Below are positions 56,509 to 64,000 of a stretch of DNA of 64,000 nucleotides, one piece after another. The position numbers were made by a program, and so were the translations under genes. The notes beneath the pieces are model-generated. The model did no database searches. It was given only the letters and a program-made list of their open reading frames with translations, and was not told the DNA's origin. Positions within the stretch are counted from its first letter, which is position 1, and every line of letters begins with the position of its first letter. Location: IMG/VR virus record IMGVR_UViG_3300014913_000006; one strand, 5' to 3'. Source of the stretch: a virus.

Positions 56509-56943
56509 GTGAACAAAATGGCAGAGCTAGGTGTATTTGGCGTCGGTGTCGCTACGGCAGACCCCGAGCTACGGAATGTCGGAGAGAAGCAGACGGCTGT
56601 ATGTACCGTCAGCTTGGCCTTCAATCGCAGCTACCAGAACAAGGAACGCAAGTGGGAGACCGAACCTTGTTTTCTGAGGGCTCAGGTTTGGGGTGCCCGC
56701 GCAGAGCGGATGGCGGAATTGGTCAAGAAGGGCCAGCCGATCTACGTGTGTGGGTACCTGAAGCAGGATTCGTGGGAGAAAGATGGCCAGAAGCGGGTTT
56801 CGTACTCGATCACTCTCCGCGATTTCCAGTTGTGCCAGAAGAACGGGAAGAAGAAGTCTGCTGACGAGCCGCAGCCAGCAAATGCGACGACAGCCCCGGC
56901 TTCTGCACCCGCCGACAATGGCGACGACGACATCCCGTTCTAG
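56509..56943 (+). CDS. ssb: Single-stranded DNA-binding protein
   Basis: DPELR, VWGARAE...KKG, acidic DDDIPF tail. Confidence 0.95.
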   Translation: MNKMAELGVFGVGVATADPELRNVGEKQTAVCTVSLAFNRSYQNKERKWETEPCFLRAQVWGARAERMAELVKKGQPIYVCGYLKQDSWEKDGQKRVSYSITLRDFQLCQKNGKKKSADEPQPANATTAPASAPADNGDDDIPF

Positions 56944-56954
56944 GAAGTGTTCCA

Positions 56955-57545
56955 TTGATGAGTCGAAAGCAGTCGCTCAATAGGTTCATCTCTTGCTTAG
57001 CACGGAAGATTGCGACTGTTTATCCCAGCAATTGTGCTGACGAGGAAGACTATATCCAGGTCGGACACATGACACTAGCCGAGATCAGCAGGGATGAACA
57101 TAACCATCGCAATTTCCGAGCCTATGCAATTGTGGCGGTGGCCAACACAATGAGGAACGCCGCCCTAGATGCGATGTGCGCCACATCGGCTCCCCGGAGA
57201 GTGAAAAAGCGTGCGCATAAGGTCGAGATGCTTTTGGCCGGTGGCTACACAGAACAGGAGATATGCAGGGAATTGAAAATCACCAGAAAGACACTTGCAA
57301 GTTTGCGATCCCTAATCAGTGCAGAATCCTGGCACATGCTGTTTCAAGAGCCCACCAAAGACTCAGAACCATTCTCTGTCTGTGAAGACCTGTTGTCGTC
57401 TAGCGGCCTGACGGAGGAAGACAGGGCGTTCATCCGAGCCCAGTTGAATGGTACTGTCGAGGAACTTGGATTGAGCAGGAAACAGAGATACTCAAAGGCC
57501 AAGAGCCTTCGCCCCAAATTGGCACGGAGTGGTTATGGAATCTGA
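56955..57545 (+). CDS. Sigma-70-like factor
   Basis: DEEDYIQVG...FRAYA (region 2); HTH EQEICRELKI. Confidence 0.7.
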   Translation: MMSRKQSLNRFISCLARKIATVYPSNCADEEDYIQVGHMTLAEISRDEHNHRNFRAYAIVAVANTMRNAALDAMCATSAPRRVKKRAHKVEMLLAGGYTEQEICRELKITRKTLASLRSLISAESWHMLFQEPTKDSEPFSVCEDLLSSSGLTEEDRAFIRAQLNGTVEELGLSRKQRYSKAKSLRPKLARSGYGI

Positions 57546-60500
57546 TCGCAAACGTCGTGTTTTGTTCATTGGTGAGGCTAACTTCTTAGCCACCGGTTTC
57601 AGTACGTATTGGCATGAGGTGATTAAACGACTGCACGAAACGGGTGAGTTTGAGATTGCCGAACTTGGTAGTTACGCTCACGACGATGACCAGCGATGCA
57701 GACAAGTGCCGTGGAAGTTCTATCCCGTCGCCCCTGCTCGAAGCAATCAGCAGGCGATGCAAAAGTACATGGCCAACCAGACAAGCCAATTCGGAGAGTG
57801 GCGGTTTGATGATGTGTGCTTAGACTTCAAGCCGGATATCGTTTGTGTTCCTCCTGAAACAAAAGTCGAAACGCCAAACGGTGTTAGAAATATAGAAAAT
57901 ATCGTTGTGGGCGATACGGTTATTTCTCACACTGGGAAAAAACGTCGAGTTATTCGCACCATGCGCAGTCAACACAATGGCATGGTGGTGAAAATATACC
58001 CACATAATGACAATCAGTGTTATACGTTTACACCGAACCATCCCATTCTAGCCATAAAAAGCAAAAAACGCACATGTAAACAAAGAGATGTACAGTCGAG
58101 ACACAATATCGAGGATGCTGAATTTGTAGAAGCGAAAGACCTGTGCCAAGGCGACTATGTATTGATTCCTATATATAGGCCGGATGTTTGGACATCCCAA
58201 GACATTTCAATTACTCATTTTTTGAAGCAATTTATAACCAAGGATGGATTTGCTTATCCAGTAGGTCATGAAAACTTTGAAAGGGATAACGGCATACCTG
58301 AATTTATACAGTATTCAAGTGATTTTGGTAGATTACTAGGTTATTATTGTGCCGAAGGTTCTGGTTCAGGAAGTGGTGTGCAGTTTTCTTTTAATGTAAG
58401 TGAGAAAGAATATATAGAAGATGTTTTACGGTTGATGTCAAAATATTTCAAAATAGACGGTCAAGTATTCACTAGCGAGAATTGTTCAAATGTAAGATTC
58501 AACTCCGTACTACTTGAAGAATTGTTCAAAAATTGGTTTGGTGGAAACGCACATGAAAAACATATACCAGAATTTGTGTATACTACCCAACGAGATAAAT
58601 TCCTAGAAGAGTTTCTTAGTGGATACATAAAAGGGGATGGGTGTTATAAAAGCGATACAGTTTCTTGCTCTACTGCCTCCAATGTGTTAGCAAGACAAAT
58701 CAGACAATTATTTGCAAGATTGGGTGTAAAAACATCTATCGCTAGAAAACTTAATAAGCCCACGAATCTTGTAAAAACCTATCGCACATCATTTGAAATT
58801 GAATGTTATGGACAGTACGCACGTATTGCTCATGGGTTTATTGCCAAGCATTCTGAATTACCTTCTAGAAAATCGGATGACCCCAAATGGATAGACAAAG
58901 GGAGTGCCGGATGGATAAATGAGAATTACATTATCGTTCCAATTCGAAGAGTAAGAACAGAACCATACAGAGGTCAAGTATATAATCTCGAAGTAGAAAA
59001 TGATAATAGCTATGTGACAGGATTTGCTGTACATAACTGCGGAATCCGAGACTGGTGGATGGACGAGTTTGTGCTGAGGTCTCCGTTCCGCCAGAACTTT
59101 TCTTTCGTATGGATGCCAACCATAGACGGCGAACCACAGCGGGAGTTGTGGCTTGACTCGTACCGTCAGTGCGACCGTATTCTGACATACTCTGAGTACG
59201 GGATGGACCTGCTCCGCAAAACCGCTCGCCGTGGAACCGACCTTGTTACGATAGCGTCTCCAGGCGCAGACCTCGAAACATTCAAGCCGCCAGACAACAA
59301 AAGAGACCATAAGGCGAGATTGGGTATCGACCCCAATTCGCTGATTGTCGGCACGGTCATGAGAAACCAGAAGCGTAAACTGTACTACGATCTTATCGAA
59401 GCTTTCAGTCGATGGCTCAATCATTCCAAGACCAAGGGTCACGTAGACCTGACCAAGCGCACATTCCTTTATCTTCACACCAGCTATCCCGATGTCGGCT
59501 ATGACATAGGCAAAGCTATTCGGGATTTCAAGATCGGCAACAAGGTGATCATGACTTACCTGTGCAGCAATTGCCAAACCGCTTATCCGTCGTTTTTTGC
59601 TGGTGAGCTAATGGTGTGTCGCAAGTGTGGCAAGCTAGCCGCCCATCCTCCGAATGCCAATCATTCATGCCCCCGAAACGTATTAGCAGACATCATAAAG
59701 GTGTTTGATTTGTATGTTCAGTATTCCATCTGTTTACACCCAGAGACTCCGATCATGACAGCTAATGGATGGGAAGACATCGGCAACATTGTTGTTGGAG
59801 ATAAGGTTGTTGGCAGGGATGGCAAATTGCATCGTGTATACAAAACTCTGCGAAATAAGCCAGGCAAGTGTTTTGACATCAAAGTTAAAGGTAGGCCATG
59901 GTCGGCAACGGCAACAGATAATCATCCTTGGCTTATTGTCGATAGAACTGGATTATCTAAGAGCATAGAAAGTGTCGTTAATCGTGAACGTTATCACAGA
60001 AATCGTGGGACAGAATGCCCCAAATTGCAATTTGCATACAAAAGAACCGACGAACTTCGTCCAGGAGACTTGTTGGCTAGCCGTATCCCCACGGAAGAGG
60101 TCTTGCCCGACTACGATTTGCCGCTTATGGACGAGAACATGGCTTATTACATTGGTCTATTCGCTGCTGACGGTCACGCGAATGAAACGTGTGGGCAGTG
60201 TACAATAACATCTCATAGCTCCGAGGCAGATGATGTATTGAAGATTTCTCACAAAATTGCACAACTTGTTGATAAAAATGCGCATCAACAATCAACGGGT
60301 AGTTGTGATGCGGTGGTGACAAACATATGCGACACAGGACTGAGGGATGCATTCAGGGCGATGTGTTATCATGCAGATAGAACAAAGCAGTTGCCTATTG
60401 GGTGTCATTTATGGCCCATCAAACTACAACGAGCATTGATTCAAGGACTCATGTACGGAGACGGCCACCAGAAGAAAGAATGGCTCAATGTGTACTGCAC

Positions 60501-61485
60501 GACATCTGTGCATATAGCTAAAATGGTAGGTCCGATTCTTGAGCGTCTTGGGTGGTACTATTCGTGCTCGGTACAGTATCGAGACGGTAATCGCCCAATG
60601 TATCGTTTTGAAATTCGGACAGATGGACAGAGAAAATCACACGAGACTCTATACAGAGATGGTTTTGTATTGACCAAAGTGGAATCCTCCAACCAAAGCG
60701 ATTTTGATGGAGACGTTATAACCATAGATGTTGAGGATGATCATAATTACAACACTATATGTGGTATGTCCCATAATTGCGAGGGTTTTGGGATGCCCTG
60801 TGTAGAAGCACAAGCATGTGGTGTTCCTGTTGCCGCTGTCGATTACTCGGCGATGCAAGATCATCTGAAGTGTCCTGGTTCAATAACCGTAGATGTAGAG
60901 AGGTTTTTCTGGGAAGCCATTATCGAGACTGAGCAAAAACGAGCTTTACCCAGCAACACAGACTTTGTGAGCAAGCTTGACAAATTCCTCAAACAAAGCG
61001 AAGCCGTAAGAGACGAAAAGGCGAAGCAGACAAGGGCGTATATCGAAGAGTTGGTCACAACCTATGGACAGGAAGTCCCCATGCGTCGTCGTGGATGGGA
61101 AAGAACGGCGGCTATCTGGGGTCAGGTAATCAGAGAAACCAAGATCAAAGACCAGCAGACGACTTGGCTTTGTCAGACCTCTAAAGCCCATCATCCGAAT
61201 TTGGTTCCTCCTAGTAGCGACATGAACAATAGCGAATTCGTCAACTGGGTCATAGGGAAAGTGTGGAACCGTCCAGACATGCTCAGGACACATTTTGCTG
61301 GCGAATGGCTCAAGTCCCTCAATAGTGGTTCTAAGACTGCTGGTGACAGACGAGTTCCGTTCGATCGCAAGGCGTTCGTTGAACACTTCATGGAAATGGT
61401 ACAACAAGCTAACGTGGTCGAAGAAAAACGACTGGCCTCTCTGAAGCGAGAAATCTTAGACCAAGTGAATGTGACGGTGATATAG
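57535..61485 (+). CDS. GT4 glycosyltransferase with two inteins
   Basis: ATGFS, VMRNQKRK, YLHT, SI|CEGFGMPCVEAQACGVP. Confidence 0.88.
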   Translation: MESDRKRRVLFIGEANFLATGFSTYWHEVIKRLHETGEFEIAELGSYAHDDDQRCRQVPWKFYPVAPARSNQQAMQKYMANQTSQFGEWRFDDVCLDFKPDIVCVPPETKVETPNGVRNIENIVVGDTVISHTGKKRRVIRTMRSQHNGMVVKIYPHNDNQCYTFTPNHPILAIKSKKRTCKQRDVQSRHNIEDAEFVEAKDLCQGDYVLIPIYRPDVWTSQDISITHFLKQFITKDGFAYPVGHENFERDNGIPEFIQYSSDFGRLLGYYCAEGSGSGSGVQFSFNVSEKEYIEDVLRLMSKYFKIDGQVFTSENCSNVRFNSVLLEELFKNWFGGNAHEKHIPEFVYTTQRDKFLEEFLSGYIKGDGCYKSDTVSCSTASNVLARQIRQLFARLGVKTSIARKLNKPTNLVKTYRTSFEIECYGQYARIAHGFIAKHSELPSRKSDDPKWIDKGSAGWINENYIIVPIRRVRTEPYRGQVYNLEVENDNSYVTGFAVHNCGIRDWWMDEFVLRSPFRQNFSFVWMPTIDGEPQRELWLDSYRQCDRILTYSEYGMDLLRKTARRGTDLVTIASPGADLETFKPPDNKRDHKARLGIDPNSLIVGTVMRNQKRKLYYDLIEAFSRWLNHSKTKGHVDLTKRTFLYLHTSYPDVGYDIGKAIRDFKIGNKVIMTYLCSNCQTAYPSFFAGELMVCRKCGKLAAHPPNANHSCPRNVLADIIKVFDLYVQYSICLHPETPIMTANGWEDIGNIVVGDKVVGRDGKLHRVYKTLRNKPGKCFDIKVKGRPWSATATDNHPWLIVDRTGLSKSIESVVNRERYHRNRGTECPKLQFAYKRTDELRPGDLLASRIPTEEVLPDYDLPLMDENMAYYIGLFAADGHANETCGQCTITSHSSEADDVLKISHKIAQLVDKNAHQQSTGSCDAVVTNICDTGLRDAFRAMCYHADRTKQLPIGCHLWPIKLQRALIQGLMYGDGHQKKEWLNVYCTTSVHIAKMVGPILERLGWYYSCSVQYRDGNRPMYRFEIRTDGQRKSHETLYRDGFVLTKVESSNQSDFDGDVITIDVEDDHNYNTICGMSHNCEGFGMPCVEAQACGVPVAAVDYSAMQDHLKCPGSITVDVERFFWEAIIETEQKRALPSNTDFVSKLDKFLKQSEAVRDEKAKQTRAYIEELVTTYGQEVPMRRRGWERTAAIWGQVIRETKIKDQQTTWLCQTSKAHHPNLVPPSSDMNNSEFVNWVIGKVWNRPDMLRTHFAGEWLKSLNSGSKTAGDRRVPFDRKAFVEHFMEMVQQANVVEEKRLASLKREILDQVNVTVI
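57844..59037 (+). mobile_element. Intein 1 in the GT4 gene
   Basis: PDIV|CVPPET...GYIKGDG...AVHN|CGIRD. Confidence 0.9.
59731..60777 (+). mobile_element. Intein 2 in the GT4 gene
   Basis: QYSI|CLHPET...GLMYGDG...MSHN|CEGFG. Confidence 0.9.
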
Positions 61486-62664
61486 ATGAAACTGTGCTAC
61501 CTTAGTGTTTTCAGAGATGGTACCGGCTACGCAAATCAGGCGATCCACAATATGCTTGCTATGGAAGCTGGTGGCATCGATGTTGTCGCCAGAGCTATCA
61601 AGCTGTCCCCTACCAGCAACCACGAGTTGGCAAAAAGTGTCGAACACCTTGAGCAGAAGTCTACAGACGATGTCGATGTGGTCGTGCAACATGTGCTGCC
61701 GCATCAATTCGAGTACAAGGCCGGGGTGAAGAACATAGGGATGTTTGACTGGGAGACGACACACTTTAGGCGGTCGAATTGGACCCATTGTTGTAATCTC
61801 ATGGATGAGATATGGGTGCCGTCCCTACAAAACGCCCGGGCTGTAATGGACAGCAATGTTACGGTTCCGATTCGAGTATTCCCCTGTGCCTGTAACGTAG
61901 CCAGATTCGCAAACCCGCCTGACCCACTAGATGTCCCACAACTCAAAGACAAGTGCGTATTCTATGTTGTCGGAGAGATGACACGCCGAAAGAATCTGGT
62001 TGCTGTTTTGAGGGCATTCTACACAGCATTCAGCCTTCGTGACGATGTCTCGCTGGTAATCAAAACCAACATCCCAGGCAAATCGCCCGAAGAAGCGATC
62101 GAAACACTGAAATCTACTATTGACGACGTGAAGAAGTCCCTACACACATACGTAAGACATCCGTACTATCCTCCAGTAGCGTGTATCACAGAATTCTTAC
62201 CAGACAAAAAGCTCGATCAGCTTCACATGGCGTGCGACGTTTTTGTCCTGGCTAGTCATGGAGAAGCCTGGGGTATCCCGGCCCATGACGCTATGGGATT
62301 TGGCAACCCCGTGATACTCAGCAATTGGGGGGCATTCCCTGAATTGACTTACGAACAAGCGTCTCGGTATTGGGAACCAGATGCCTGTAAGTTCAAGTGG
62401 CCGGGGGACATTGATTGCGGATGGTTGGTCAAAGGGCAACTGACCCCATGCTTCGGTCACACAGAAAGTTTCCCAGACCTCTACACGGGTGATGAGCTTT
62501 GGTTCGACCCAGATATGGAGCATTTGATTGCCTGTATGAGACAGGCATACGAATCATGGAATGACGGCTCTATAGACCGTCGCAAACAAGCTGCGAGCAA
62601 ACGTGCGGCTAAGTTCAGCTACGACAGAGTTGGCGTAATAGCTAGGAAGTTATTGAATATCTAA
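61486..62664 (+). CDS. GT4 glycosyltransferase
   Basis: TGYA, WET, DEIWVPS, RKN, SHGEAWGIPAHDAM. Confidence 0.85.
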   Translation: MKLCYLSVFRDGTGYANQAIHNMLAMEAGGIDVVARAIKLSPTSNHELAKSVEHLEQKSTDDVDVVVQHVLPHQFEYKAGVKNIGMFDWETTHFRRSNWTHCCNLMDEIWVPSLQNARAVMDSNVTVPIRVFPCACNVARFANPPDPLDVPQLKDKCVFYVVGEMTRRKNLVAVLRAFYTAFSLRDDVSLVIKTNIPGKSPEEAIETLKSTIDDVKKSLHTYVRHPYYPPVACITEFLPDKKLDQLHMACDVFVLASHGEAWGIPAHDAMGFGNPVILSNWGAFPELTYEQASRYWEPDACKFKWPGDIDCGWLVKGQLTPCFGHTESFPDLYTGDELWFDPDMEHLIACMRQAYESWNDGSIDRRKQAASKRAAKFSYDRVGVIARKLLNI

Positions 62665-62948
62665 TGAAAACATCTTGGAGAGATGTCGTTGGATACGAAG
62701 GAATCTATCAAGTTTCTAACATTGGTCACGTAAAAAGAGTAACCAAAGGCCGTCGCACCAGAGTTGGAAAGATATTGAAACAAAGTTTGCGGGGAAGAAA
62801 AAACCACCAATATTTATGTGTCTGCCTTTATAGGAATGGACAAAAGAAGGTGATACAAGTTTACACGCTAGTTGCGCATCGGTTCGGCGTTTTGCAAACA
62901 ACCATATCTCGTGTCGTTCTTAGGCTCACTTGGAAACATATAAATTAA
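62664..62948 (+). pseudogene. NUMOD4-HNH remnant with the HNH core deleted
   Basis: NUMOD4 N-terminus; VYTLVA joins HRFGVLQTTIS...TWKHI in frame. Confidence 0.75.
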
Positions 62949-62959
62949 GGAGAACTTTT

Positions 62960-63979
62960 ATGGCAGCGCAGTTATCGTCAGCATTAAGAAGCATTAATAG
63001 AAACCGAGAACGTCCTCTAAATATACTGTTTGCTAATAACCATGAAGGCTACTCAGCCACCTTAGCGAAAACTGGTCACAATTTCTATCTGTTACAACAC
63101 CCAAAGTTCCATCCATGGGATGCCAAAGAACGACCATTGCCACCCAATTTCTTCATATTAACCGGTCAGGAGATAAGCCAACAACTGAAAACCGATGTGG
63201 CGTTTGACTTGGTATTGACACAGAATAGGGTTGATCACTATCCGATCATGGTGCAGTTGGCGGCACAGCTTAGCTGTCCTCTGCTCCAGATGGAACACAC
63301 ACTGCCGTGGCCAGACTGGGATGACGAGACAACTAAGCGTATGGGGCATCTTGTATGCGATCACAATATCTTCGTGGCCAATTTCTCTGTTGGGGCGTGG
63401 TTCCACGACCCAAGCGATCCAGATGTACAGATCATCCATCACGGAATGGACACCGATTATTGGGACGGATGGATCGGTGGCGACGGCAAGGTCATGACAG
63501 CGGTGTGGGATTACGTTCGTAGAGATCGTATATGTGGTTTCTCGCTATGGAAAGAAGTCACGAAGGGTCTCGAAGTCAATCCGTGGGGCGAGTCTCCCGG
63601 CCTATCAAAGATGGCAGACAGTACAGACCACCTACGAGAACTCTACCGCCACGCATCAGTATTTCTAAACACCACCCTTTGGTCGTCTTGCCCATTCTCT
63701 CTGCTGGAAGCTATGTCGGTAGGTTGTCCGATTGTGACCACTGCAACAACATCTATCCCTGAATTCATTGAAGATGGTGTCAATGGCTTTATCACAAACG
63801 ACCCAAGGACCATGAGAAAACGGCTGGAGGAACTGATCAAAGATCAAGACATGGCTCGTGAAATCGGTGCTGCTGGAAGAAAAACCGTACTGGAGCAATT
63901 TGGACAACAGCGATTCCTTGATGAATGGAACGAGGCATTCTGGAAAGTAGCACAGTGTCCCGCAGGCAGATGGGCATAA
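62960..63979 (+). CDS. GT4-like glycosyltransferase
   Basis: AAGGAG RBS; VFLNTT...PFSLLEAMSVGCPIV...IEDGVNGF. Confidence 0.85.
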   Translation: MAAQLSSALRSINRNRERPLNILFANNHEGYSATLAKTGHNFYLLQHPKFHPWDAKERPLPPNFFILTGQEISQQLKTDVAFDLVLTQNRVDHYPIMVQLAAQLSCPLLQMEHTLPWPDWDDETTKRMGHLVCDHNIFVANFSVGAWFHDPSDPDVQIIHHGMDTDYWDGWIGGDGKVMTAVWDYVRRDRICGFSLWKEVTKGLEVNPWGESPGLSKMADSTDHLRELYRHASVFLNTTLWSSCPFSLLEAMSVGCPIVTTATTSIPEFIEDGVNGFITNDPRTMRKRLEELIKDQDMAREIGAAGRKTVLEQFGQQRFLDEWNEAFWKVAQCPAGRWA

Positions 63980-64000
63980 GGAGATAAGCGATGAAATTGA

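Noticed and set aside
3568-63907. Numerous minus-strand ORFs in the track
   Set aside because: They are antisense shadows of well-supported plus-strand genes and show no recognisable motifs.
1-64000. CRISPR array or long tandem repeat array
   Set aside because: No regularly spaced direct repeats were seen; the Cas4-like nucleases sit among replication genes without other cas genes.
1-64000. Stop-codon reassignment
   Set aside because: TAA, TAG and TGA all end well-defined genes under code 11; the in-frame TGA near 56111 lies in an HNH copy that is also deleted internally.
1-64000. Diversity-generating retroelement, retron or group II intron
   Set aside because: No reverse transcriptase motifs were recognised in any ORF.

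Overview
A 64-kb segment of a large dsDNA bacteriophage (or prophage-like element), almost all on the + strand, covering early/accessory and replication/nucleotide-metabolism genes. No structural genes were recognised. Core content: class II ribonucleotide reductase, RecA, DnaB, primase, SSB, a DnaE polymerase split into two genes 7 kb apart, ThyX, dCMP deaminase, RNase HI, two PD-(D/E)XK nucleases, peptide deformylase, ClpP, a tyrosine recombinase and two sigma-like factors. The segment is heavily parasitised: 10 inteins in 7 genes and about 11 HNH endonuclease genes or remnants, most of which have lost their catalytic core while keeping their ends. Main observations: (1) a Ycf46-type AAA / DUF3150-like / DUF1257 / DUF2997 module with a BRCT protein and a possible histone-fold protein; (2) a sugar-activation and glycosyltransferase cassette between the two dnaE halves; (3) sister inteins in the Walker A motifs of RecA and DnaB; (4) a six-copy promoter, GGAACA-N17-TATAAT, and a second motif, GGTGTATAAA, before two lipoprotein genes; (5) a solo BrxL-like ATPase; (6) an HNH-IMPDH/GMPR fusion. 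All family assignments come from motif recognition by eye, with no database searches.
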